In this document: positions 44,735-53,653 of the stretch, piece by piece
Position numbering within the stretch: the stretch's first letter is position 1
Layout: the number at the start of each line of letters is the position of its first letter
Source: an uncultured Planctomycetota bacterium
Lineage (GTDB): Bacteria; Planctomycetota; Planctomycetia; Isosphaerales; Isosphaeraceae
Direction of reading: 5' to 3'
NCBI GenBank assembly: GCA_963845755.1
Contig: CAWJTV010000034.1
Coordinates: forward strand, 672,001 to 736,000
Length of the DNA stretch: 64,000 nt
The notes under the pieces: generated by a model
The model's input: the letters and a program-made list of their open reading frames with translations, nothing else
Database searches by the model: none
What the model was told of the DNA's origin: nothing
Program-made: the position numbers and the translations under genes

Positions 44735-45796
44735 TCAGATCATCATGCGTTTCGACAAGTGCCGGCGCGGCCGAGAAGATCGCCGTGACGGGCGGCGCGG
44801 GGAGAAGCGGTCCACGAAGTCCAGGATTCGCGCGGCATAAGCCTCGGGCTCGCGCTCGCGGCAGCGGTTATGCTTGGCATCCGGGACCAGCCACAGTTCC
44901 TTGGGCCCATTCGCCCACTGAAACAGTCCCTCGGCGATCTTCGGGCTGATATAGGTGTCGCGGCCACCGTGGATCATGAGCCAGGGGCGGGGCGCCAGTC
45001 GCCCCACCGCACGCTCGACGTCCGGGAATCGACAGTTCAACCGCCGCTCGGACTTCCGGCGGCCCGACCAGGCCAGGACGTGAAACAGCCAAAGTGGGAC
45101 CATGCTGCGCAGGAAACGGCTCCTCAGATAGAGCTCCGCCCATCGGAGGATGTAGGCCACCATCGTCCCCGTGGTCGGGAACGCGCCATCGGTGATCGCG
45201 CCCCAGATGTCGCGTTCGCCCGGCATGACCAGCAAGGCCGTCGTGCCGCCCCGGCTGACGCCGAAGAGACCGAAGCCCGCGGGATCGCGATCCGGCCGCG
45301 ATCGCAGATAGCTCAGCGCCGCTCGGAGGTCGCGGACCTCTCGATCGGAGGCCCAATGCATGGGGGAATAGCCCGCCTCGCTGCCGCTGACCCCGTGATT
45401 GCGAAAGTCGAACGTGAAGATGTCGAAGCCCAGGTCGCGGAGACCATCGATGTACGGCCGGAAGCTCCAGCGGTCGCTGAGGAACTCATGGCAATACAGC
45501 AAGACTCCGGCCCGTTCCGGCGTCCGCGCCCGCAGGTAGCTGCCCGAGAGACCCACCCCATCGTCGGTGCAGAACTCGACCGTTTCTCCGCGCTCCACGG
45601 GCACGATGCGGAGCGGCAGGAACAGCGGGGGTTCCTCGAATTTCTGGCCGATGATCGGTGCGTACTTGGTGGTCAGATACAGGATCCAGGCGATCGCCAG
45701 CACCGCCGGCAGGACCGCCGCCAGCGTGAGGGTCGGATGCGAGCTGACTAGGCCAATCACGGATGCACTCCTGGTCGCGCCACCGGACCTTCGCAC
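44735..45796 (-). CDS. Membrane-anchored alpha/beta hydrolase
   Basis: N-terminal TM helix, FDFRNHG, GVSRGG nucleophile, HGGRD, AKHN; C-terminus possibly frameshifted. Confidence 0.82.
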   Translation of the reverse strand: MRRSGGATRSASVIGLVSSHPTLTLAAVLPAVLAIAWILYLTTKYAPIIGQKFEEPPLFLPLRIVPVERGETVEFCTDDGVGLSGSYLRARTPERAGVLLYCHEFLSDRWSFRPYIDGLRDLGFDIFTFDFRNHGVSGSEAGYSPMHWASDREVRDLRAALSYLRSRPDRDPAGFGLFGVSRGGTTALLVMPGERDIWGAITDGAFPTTGTMVAYILRWAELYLRSRFLRSMVPLWLFHVLAWSGRRKSERRLNCRFPDVERAVGRLAPRPWLMIHGGRDTYISPKIAEGLFQWANGPKELWLVPDAKHNRCREREPEAYAARILDFVDRFSPRRPSRRSSRPRRHLSKRMMI

Positions 45797-45868
45797 CAGT
45801 CCCGGCGAACCGGGTCCGCGACGAAGTGGGGAGACTGCCGAGCGCGACCACTCGGCAAAGGAAAGCGT

Positions 45869-47152
45869 TCAATCAGTGAAGCGTCGCAAGATGAGCGTGA
45901 TATTCTGACCGCCGAACCCGAAACTGTTCGACAAGGCCACATCGACGGTCTTTTCTCGGGCGGTATGGGGGATGTAATCAAGATCGCACGCGGGATCGGG
46001 ATTGTCCAGATTGATGGTCGGCGGCAGGGTGCTATCCCGCATCGTGAGTAAACAGACGATCGCCTCGACGGAGCCGGCCGCCGCGATCAAATGCCCCATC
46101 ATACTCTTGGTGCTGGAGATCGGGACCTTGTAGGCCGATTCCCCGAAGGTCCGCTTGATGGCGAGGGTCTCGATCGAGTCGTTGACGGAGGTGCTGGTGC
46201 CGTGGGCGTTGACATAGTCGATCTCGGCGGGATCCAGCCGGGCATCGGCCAGGGCCTCTTTCATGCAGGCGATCGCGCCGCGGCCCTCATCATGGCTGTC
46301 GGTGATCCGGAAAGCGTCGGCGGTCGAGCCGTAGCCGACGATCTCGCCGTAGATCCGGGCGCCGCGAGACCTGGCGTGTTCGAGCTCCTCGAGGACCAGC
46401 ATGCCCGCCCCCTCGCCCAGGATGAAGCCGTCGCGATCCCGGTCGAACGGACGGCTGGCGCGGGTCGGCTCGTCGTTGCGGGTGGAGAGTGCGGTCAGGA
46501 GGATGAATCCGGTGACACCAAAGGGATGGATCATGCTGTGCGTGCCGCCCGAGAGGATCACGTCGGCATTTCCTCTCCGGATCAGCTCGAACGCTTCGCC
46601 GATGGCCTGGGAGCTGGCGGCGCAGGCCGTCAGGCAGTTGGAATTGGGGCCCTGGGCACCGAAGACGCTGGCCAGGTGCCCCGAGGGGGTGCCCGGTTCT
46701 TGCTCGGCCTCGTGGATCGGATGCAGATCCTTGATCCCCATCCGCGTGAATTCGGAGGTATCCACGCGACCGTCGCGCGTGGTCTGATACATCAATTTGA
46801 CGAACCGGGGAAAATCTTGCTGCCCTTCGCCCGAGCCCAGGTAGACGCCGAACCGTCTCCGGTTCAAATCCGGCTTGGTCTCCAGGCCGGAGTCCTTCAT
46901 GGCCATCTTGGCCGCGGCGAGGGCGAACTGACTGTTGCGCGAGTGCTCGGCCCATCGGTTCGGGTCATCGAGGTAGTCGCCGAGGCGGAAGTCCTTGACC
47001 TCCGCGGCGATGCGCGTGGGGAAGGTGCGGGCGTCGAACAGCCCGATCGTCCCGACGCCACTCCGGCCTTCCAGGAGCGCCGACCAGGTCGATTCCAGGT
47101 CCCTGCCCACCGGGGTGACCATCCCCATCCCCGTCACGACAACTCGCCGCAT
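45869..47152 (-). CDS. Beta-ketoacyl-ACP synthase (FabF-like, intact Cys-His-His triad)
   Basis: TACAASS, NAHGTST, KSMMGH, SNSFGFGG. Confidence 0.92.
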   Translation of the reverse strand: MRRVVVTGMGMVTPVGRDLESTWSALLEGRSGVGTIGLFDARTFPTRIAAEVKDFRLGDYLDDPNRWAEHSRNSQFALAAAKMAMKDSGLETKPDLNRRRFGVYLGSGEGQQDFPRFVKLMYQTTRDGRVDTSEFTRMGIKDLHPIHEAEQEPGTPSGHLASVFGAQGPNSNCLTACAASSQAIGEAFELIRRGNADVILSGGTHSMIHPFGVTGFILLTALSTRNDEPTRASRPFDRDRDGFILGEGAGMLVLEELEHARSRGARIYGEIVGYGSTADAFRITDSHDEGRGAIACMKEALADARLDPAEIDYVNAHGTSTSVNDSIETLAIKRTFGESAYKVPISSTKSMMGHLIAAAGSVEAIVCLLTMRDSTLPPTINLDNPDPACDLDYIPHTAREKTVDVALSNSFGFGGQNITLILRRFTD

Positions 47153-47210
47153 GTGCGCCTTCCTCGGATCGTTCGATCCGTTCCCTGGGTTGGATTGACA
47201 GTCCGCCGGT

Positions 47211-48544
47211 TCAAGTCGCCTGGGGTTCGGGGGTCGAATCGGGTGCAAGGCCGCGGATCACCAGCGCCGCTGCCTGGCCGAGGGGTGTGAGATTCGTATT
47301 GACGAACGTCGGGTTGCTCATGGGGCGAGGCGACTTCACAATCAAATCGGCCTCCACCTCCGGGTCGGGCTGCTCGCAGTTGAGGATCGCCGGGACCATC
47401 CCGCGGTTGGCCGAGACCAGGCTGACGATCAGCTCGACGGCACCGCCGCCGGAGACCATGTTGCCCATATAGCCCTTGAGAGCGGTGACCGGCACACCCC
47501 TCGGGCCGAAGATTCGCTGCAAAGCCCGTGCCTCGGCCAGGTCGGAGATGCGCGTCCCCGACCCATGAGCGTTGACGTGGCCGATTGCCGAGGGTTCGAA
47601 GCCGGCGTCCTCGAGCGCGGCGGCGATCGCCACCTCGGTTCCGATTCCTCCCGGATGGAGCCCGCCTCCCGGCATCGCATCGCAACCGGAGCCACCACCG
47701 AGCACCTCACCGTAGATTCGCGCTCCCCGCGCAAGTGCGTGCTCGTGCTCCTCGAGGATGAGGATCCCCGCGCCTTCGCCGGCCACCCAGCCATCGCGAC
47801 GGCGATCAAACGGCCGGCAGGCCTGGCTGGGATCCCCCTTCCACCCCGACATGTTCTCCAGCAATCCCATTCGGACCAGGCTTAGCGGATGGATCTTGGA
47901 ATCGGCCCCGCCCGTAATCATCACGTCGGCCCGTCCGCGGCCAATGATCCGCGCGGCTTCGCTGATTGCCAGGTTCGACGAGGCGTCGGCCTCCGTGATC
48001 GTGTTGCTCGGTCCCTGGCAGTCCATCAGGATCGAGATATGGCAGGCGAGCATGTTGGGCAGGTACTTCAGCAGCCAGATCGGCTCGATCATCCCGATCG
48101 ATTCCCGGCCCCAGACCTGAAAATCGAACGCGCGATTCTGTTCGGACGCATGATAGATCGCCGGCGCCAGCTCATCGAGCTCGCTGGAGATCAGTCCGGC
48201 ACCCAGATCAATCCCGATCCGCGCGGATCCACGCCGCCATCGATCAGGCCCGCGTCGTCGATCGCAAACTGGGCGGCCGTGACCGCGAGCTGGATATCGC
48301 GTGCCATGTACTTGCGAGTCTTGCGCAACTCCTTGGTGAACTTGGGCAAGGCCGATTTCTTCAGGTCGAAGCCGGAAATCTCGGCCGCCACGTCGTTGGG
48401 CAGACCGGCCACCCGAAGGGACTCTAACCGGCGCACCGCTCCCCGACCCTCCAGGAGCGAAGTCCAGACGGCGTCCGGACGATCCCCCAGGGGCGTCACC
48501 AGGCCCAAACCGGTTATGACCACTCGGCGTTCGGAACCAAGCAT
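47211..48544 (-). CDS. Ketosynthase-like chain-length-factor homologue (frameshift near 48225)
   Basis: KS fold motifs present but catalytic Cys replaced (TEADASS) and second His replaced (YMGNM). Confidence 0.82.
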
Positions 48545-48759
48545 GAAAGACTCGCGGATCTTCCCCGGGATCGAGCTCGCTCGTTGTCAGGTCCAGAGGC
48601 GCCCGCCCGTATCGGAACACCTTACCATTATGGCGCCCGAACCGCATTGATGACGGCACAAACCCGACGCAGAACTCATTTTTTTCCGTAATCCTCTAGA
48701 ACACCCAATCGCCCAACTTGGCGTTTCCGTGCCAGGTCGCACCTCCGCAGAGGCTCAAG

Positions 48760-49302
48760 TCAGCGGACCGTCCTCGTGAGGCTGTCCGTTGGACTCGGGG
48801 CTGTTGTCGGCCGCCGCAGAGGCCAGGCGCACGCGCTCTTGCGCTTGGCCAGATCGAGCACGCCCAGCAACTGCTGCGTGAAGACGAAATTCTTCGGACC
48901 GAAGATTTGATTAGCTCGGGAGTTATCGAGGTGGGCGAACACGATCTCGGCGTCGGCGAGGAGTTCGCCGTTCAAGAACGCCTTGGCGTCAACCACGGCC
49001 CCCTCGCTCCTGAGGTCCGTCAAGGTGACCTCGTAGATGAGCTGATCGCCCGCACAGGCCACTCCGAAGAATTCCGCACGGGGAATCTTGGCCAGGATCA
49101 CTTTTTCGGCGAAGCCGCCCGCTTCGCCGACCAGGATGCCCCCCGTCTGGGCCAGCCCCTCGATGATCAGTGAGGCCGGCATGACCGGAAACCCCGGGAA
49201 ATGATCGTGAAGGTGCTCCTCGGCCAGGGTGAGGTTCTTGATCGCACGGGCGAACTGGCCGCTGCGAAATTCCAGGAATTTGTCGATCCAGATCCATCTC
49301 AT
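48760..49302 (-). CDS. FabZ/FabA-like hotdog dehydratase
   Basis: WIDK...DHFPGFPVMPASLIIEGLAQ. Confidence 0.88.
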   Translation of the reverse strand: MRWIWIDKFLEFRSGQFARAIKNLTLAEEHLHDHFPGFPVMPASLIIEGLAQTGGILVGEAGGFAEKVILAKIPRAEFFGVACAGDQLIYEVTLTDLRSEGAVVDAKAFLNGELLADAEIVFAHLDNSRANQIFGPKNFVFTQQLLGVLDLAKRKSACAWPLRRPTTAPSPTDSLTRTVR

Positions 49303-49481
49303 CGCCAGAAACACCCGCCCTCATGACCCGAATCCCAGAATCCGCCCCGCCGGAACAAAGGGGAGTGGGGCCTTGGGGCGAAATCCCGCCCCGAACAGCC
49401 ACCCGAGCCCCGTTGGCCCCGGCTCGATGGATTCCTTACCAGCCGCTCGTCTGCTCCAGCAAGCGAGCTTGCAAGCTTCGA

Positions 49482-49868
49482 TCACGCGGCGAGCTTGCTC
49501 TGAACATATTGAACGAGCATCTCGACGGTGTAAAGGTCTCCGATCTTGTCAACCGAGGGATCGTCCTCGAGTTTCGAGATGTCGGCGTAGGGGAGGCGGG
49601 TCTTCAGTTCATCGACGCCCTTGCTCGTGAGCTTGCCGTCGGCGACCCATTCGGGGTCGGCCATGAGGTTCTCGGGGAACAGCTCACCGCGCGGGATCTT
49701 GATCCCGAAATTGCGCTCCAGGCGGAAGACGATGTCCAGGAAGTCGATGGACTCGGCGCCCAGGTCGCCCTGAAGGGTGGCGTCGCGGGTGACCTCATCC
49801 TCGTCCACACCCAGGGCATCGACCAGTGTGGCCTGGACTTTCTCAAAGATTTCTTCGTATGTCGGCAT
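49482..49868 (-). CDS. Extended acyl carrier protein (128 aa)
   Basis: DLGAESIDFLDIVFRLE phosphopantetheine-site motif plus ~45-aa insertion. Confidence 0.9.
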   Translation of the reverse strand: MPTYEEIFEKVQATLVDALGVDEDEVTRDATLQGDLGAESIDFLDIVFRLERNFGIKIPRGELFPENLMADPEWVADGKLTSKGVDELKTRLPYADISKLEDDPSVDKIGDLYTVEMLVQYVQSKLAA

Positions 49869-50273
49869 AGGATCCTCAGAATCCAGATGGGAGGGCCCAC
49901 CTACCCCAAGACGTCATCCGACTCCTGAAGCGGCGACGATCAGGCGGCATGACATAATCGTCGGCGAGATCGGCATCCCAACTTCAGGTGGCTCAGGGAT
50001 TGACTCAGGGGCAGATCATGGCGAGAAGCGGCCCGACGGGTCGTCTATCGCCGGGACCTCGGGCCGGAATTCGACTCATATCATGAGCAAAAAGCGAAAA
50101 CCTTGCAACATCATCAGGAGTGACGGGGGGTCACGCGGCGAGGATCAGGCCGGACGGGAGGGTCCAAACCGACCGAGGACCTGCCGGGGAGGGAGGGACG
50201 CCCCATGTTTCAACGGCAGGGATGCCGAGCGTCCGTGACGGCGGAGCCGGCTCGCGACGTCCGCCGGTTCGGA

Positions 50274-50849
50274 TCAAACGGTGGTGGGAAATTCCGCGGG
50301 CTCGGGGCGTCGCGCGATCGCTCGCGCCCCGACCGAGCCCTTTCGCAAGGTCGTGTACAGATCGCGAAAACCCTCGACGATCAAGGAATCGGTGGTGTGC
50401 AATTCGGGATCCCGGTCGCGCAAGTTGTACCGGGTCAAGATGATCCGTCCCTTAACCATATCCTGGCCGTCGATGAGGCCGACCCCCTTGAAGGTGCAGT
50501 CGCGCGCGTCGAAGGACGTCAGCTCGACCCGCAGCTCGAGCTGGCGGCCAGGCTCCACGAAACTGCCGTACTTGATCGTCTTGGCCTGCTTCAGGACGAT
50601 GACGCTATGCGCGAAATCCTCCAGCTCGCGGATTAGCCAGGCGCCCGCTTGCGTGAGGGCCTCCAGCATCAAGACGCCCGGCATCACCGGGAAGCCTGGG
50701 AAATGGTCGCTCAGATATTCCTCTGCCAGAGAGAGGTTTTTCACGGCGACCAGGCGGGGCCCTTGTCCATTCTTGAGAGTTTGATCCCCGGAGAGCCGGC
50801 AACGATTCGGCTCGACCTCAAGAATCCGATCGATTAACACAAAACGCAT
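50274..50849 (-). CDS. FabZ-like hotdog dehydratase
   Basis: FVLIDRI...DHFPGFPVMPGVLMLEALTQ. Confidence 0.88.
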   Translation of the reverse strand: MRFVLIDRILEVEPNRCRLSGDQTLKNGQGPRLVAVKNLSLAEEYLSDHFPGFPVMPGVLMLEALTQAGAWLIRELEDFAHSVIVLKQAKTIKYGSFVEPGRQLELRVELTSFDARDCTFKGVGLIDGQDMVKGRIILTRYNLRDRDPELHTTDSLIVEGFRDLYTTLRKGSVGARAIARRPEPAEFPTTV

Positions 50850-51130
50850 GAATGCACCCAGAAGTCCACTCGGTCACAAGGTCAGCGTGAGCAGACCGAC
50901 ATGGCCCAACGAATCCAACAAGCCTCACGGGTGTCACGAATTAGAATCAACAACTTTAGCCAAAGACCGGCACGACAATCAAGAGGCGAGCGTCGCCGAA
51001 TCGAGGAATCATTCGACATAATGTCTTGGAGGTAAAATACAACCCTCAACGCGCGAGTCAACGGGTTTGATCGGATTTCGCGGATGGCGACTTAAGCACC
51101 TGGCCAGGGTTATCCAGCACTGGGTCCCGA

Positions 51131-51194
51131 GCGAGCGGGGGGCGTCAGCCCCCTGTCAGGTCGATCGGACAGGGAACTGACGCCCCCCGCTCGC
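51131..51194. repeat. REP-like palindrome, copy 1
   Basis: GCGAGCGGGGGGCGTCAG...CTGACGCCCCCCGCTCGC. Confidence 0.85.
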
Positions 51195-51458
51195 CTCTTG
51201 GAACCGCCTCCGAACCCCAAAGAATCCGAGGAAACCACGGCCGGCTGCTTAGCTCTCGACGGGTTCCCCTACCTGCTGATTCGGGGTGCCCGGCCGTGGC
51301 CGTTCGTCCAAACTGTTCGCTCGATCCGCGTCCTCGCGCGAATCTTGATTCCGGGCGATCGCCCACCAGGCAGGCCGAAATCATGCATGCGGACTTCGAT
51401 ATGATCCCATAATTCGAGTCTACCTCCGTAGGATCCCTGCCGCATGCCGCGCCTCTGG

Positions 51459-51555
51459 GGGATCCTTGATTCCAGATTCCCAATTCCGGATTCCGGACTC
51501 CAGATTCCCGAATCCTTCTTCATCCGGAATCCGGAATTGGGAATCGCGAATCCCC
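51459..51555. repeat. Inverted GATTCCN heptamer array
   Basis: Same unit family as 40377-40458. Confidence 0.7.
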
Positions 51556-51777
51556 CTTTGGTTGCGGCCGAACGCCGCGTTAGGGAATGGCCAGGAAGAA
51601 AGCCTCCTCAACCACATCGACCGCCATCCAGCCGCGACCTCGAATCCACGAGGCGTCTCTCGGATTGCCTGGCTCGGTCGTCACCATCACGCGGCGGCGC
51701 GCTCGATCGGAGGGACCCGCGCGATCCCCGGATCGTGACGCGAGGAGGAGGCAGCCCGATGCGGTCGACCCCGCCGG

Positions 51778-52611
51778 TCAGTGATTTGGCTCGTCGAACT
51801 CGCGAGCGATGAGGTCGGACAGGGCATCCAGGGCCGCCTGGGCGTCGGGACCGTCGGCCTCCAACTCGAGGCAAGTGCCGCACGCGGCGGCGAGAGCCAT
51901 CAGGTCGAGCATGCTCCGGCCGCTGACCTTGCGGCCGTCGCAGGCGACCCGCACTTCGGCCTGAAACTGCCGGGCCAGCCGCACGAACTTGTCGGCGGCC
52001 CGAAGGTGCAGGCCGAGGGTGTTGGTGATCTCAACCTGCCGGCTGTGCAGGTGGTTCTGGGATTCCTCGGGGTTGATCACCGCGGTCGGCAGTTCTACCG
52101 ACGCAGGCTCAGCGCTGCCATTCGAACTTCCGTCGTCTCTCACCTGGGACGAACCAGAGGCGACACTCCCGTTGGACATGGGAATGGGCTGGTCGCTGAG
52201 TGTCGTTCGGCCGCCCCATCTTCCGGTGTCCTGCCCGGAGAGAAGTGCGTTCAGGACGGCAATGTCGACGGGCTTGAGGAAATGGTGGTCGAACCCGGCC
52301 GCAAGTGCATTTCGGCGGTCCTCCTCCTGGCCGTATCCCGTGACGGCGATCAGGATGAGCGACCCAGGCAGCTCACGGCGGAGCCGGGCGGCAACCTGAT
52401 AGCCGTCCAGTCCGGGCATGCCGAGATCGAGCAGGACATAACGCGGCTGCTGCTGGTGGGCGATCTCGATCGCCTCATATCCGTCGAAGGCGACCCGGAC
52501 CTGGTGGCCCATGTGTCTCAGCAAACAGGCCATGCTATGTACCGTATCCCGATCGTCGTCAACGACAAGGACTCTGGCAGGATCGTCATAAGGTTTCGAG
52601 CGGGTCATCAA
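51778..52611 (-). CDS. Response-regulator receiver fused to an HPr phosphocarrier domain
   Basis: VLVVDD...LLDLGMPGLDG...KPVD receiver; C-terminal LGLHLRAA (His15-like) and SGRSMLDLM (Ser46-like). Confidence 0.85.
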   Translation of the reverse strand: MMTRSKPYDDPARVLVVDDDRDTVHSMACLLRHMGHQVRVAFDGYEAIEIAHQQQPRYVLLDLGMPGLDGYQVAARLRRELPGSLILIAVTGYGQEEDRRNALAAGFDHHFLKPVDIAVLNALLSGQDTGRWGGRTTLSDQPIPMSNGSVASGSSQVRDDGSSNGSAEPASVELPTAVINPEESQNHLHSRQVEITNTLGLHLRAADKFVRLARQFQAEVRVACDGRKVSGRSMLDLMALAAACGTCLELEADGPDAQAALDALSDLIAREFDEPNH

Positions 52612-52929
52612 GGTTCACCTCGACCTTCGAGGACAGATGGGCGAGGCACCATGACCTGGCCGATCGGACGGCAGACGTGGCCCCTCAAGCCGGACGGTCG
52701 CGTTGACCTGTCCCCCACGGGCCGTCAACCGTGCCCCACCCCGGCCATATCTGTATATATATATAAACATCTTTTCGGCGTCAACCTGTTACGATGGCCA
52801 TCGAGGCGTGCTAGCGGACCTGGCTTGCGCCGGACTCGTTTAGGGGCTGGCTGAGCGCCGTAAGTCCGGGCCGTAAATTGAGATTATCGAGATGGGGAGG
52901 TTGGGCCGGTATCGGGAAACCGGGTAAAA

Positions 52930-52992
52930 TTGTCGCGGATTTCCCCGACACCTGCGGGTTTTCCCGACACGCGGGGTTTTCCCCGACACCCG
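52930..52992. promoter_or_regulatory. Three direct repeats TTT(C)CCCGACAC, candidate regulator-binding sites
   Basis: gatttccccgacac, ggttttcccgacac, gtttttccccgacac at ~20-bp spacing between the NarL-type gene and REC-HPr. Confidence 0.5.
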
Positions 52993-52997
52993 GCAGG

Positions 52998-53653
52998 TCA
53001 GCCATCCGACAGCCAGCCCCGCCGGATGGCATACCCGACGATGGCGGCGCGGCCATTGAGGCCCAACTTCTCCATGGAACGGGCCTTATGCGTCTCGACC
53101 GTCTTGATGCTCACCTCGAGCTGGACGGCGATCTCGCGGTTTGTGAAGCCGGCGCGATCAGCCGCAGCACCTCCTCCTCGCGGTCGCTCAGCGGATGACC
53201 GGCCGTCGCATCCGGATGGTCCGACCGGCCCACGAGGCCGTCGAGGATCTTGCCGGTCAGGTCCGGGTCGAGGTAGGAGCCGCCGCGGGCCACGGCGCGG
53301 ATGGCGTGGATCAGCTCATCGGCCGCGGCCCGCTTCAGCAGGTAGCCCGCGGCCCCGGCCCGGAGCAGTTGCTGGAGGTAGCCGCGGTCCTCGTGCAACG
53401 TCAGCGCCAGCACCTTGGCTTCGGGCCGTTCCCGCTTGATTCGCTCGGTCGCCGCCGCCCCACTCAGCAGCGGCATCGAGACGTCCATGACGACCACATC
53501 GGGATCGAGGGCCATCGCCAGCCGGCATGCCGCCTCGCCGTCGGCCGCCTCGCCGACCACCTCCAGGTCGACCTGCGCGTCGATGAGCGCCCGGAGCCCG
53601 GCGCGAACGACGTTGTGGTCGTCGGCCAGGAGGATGCGCAACTTAGCCCCCAT
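52998..53653 (-). CDS. NarL/LuxR-family DNA-binding response regulator (frameshift near 53150)
   Basis: LADDHNVVRAG, MDVSMP, LSDREEEVL, TNREIA...KTVETHKAR. Confidence 0.9.

Noticed and set aside
45869..50849. Naming the cluster fabF/fabZ/acpP, or calling it ladderane biosynthesis
   Set aside because: The CLF-like partner and atypical ACP argue against housekeeping FAS; no radical-SAM or other ladderane-associated genes are present
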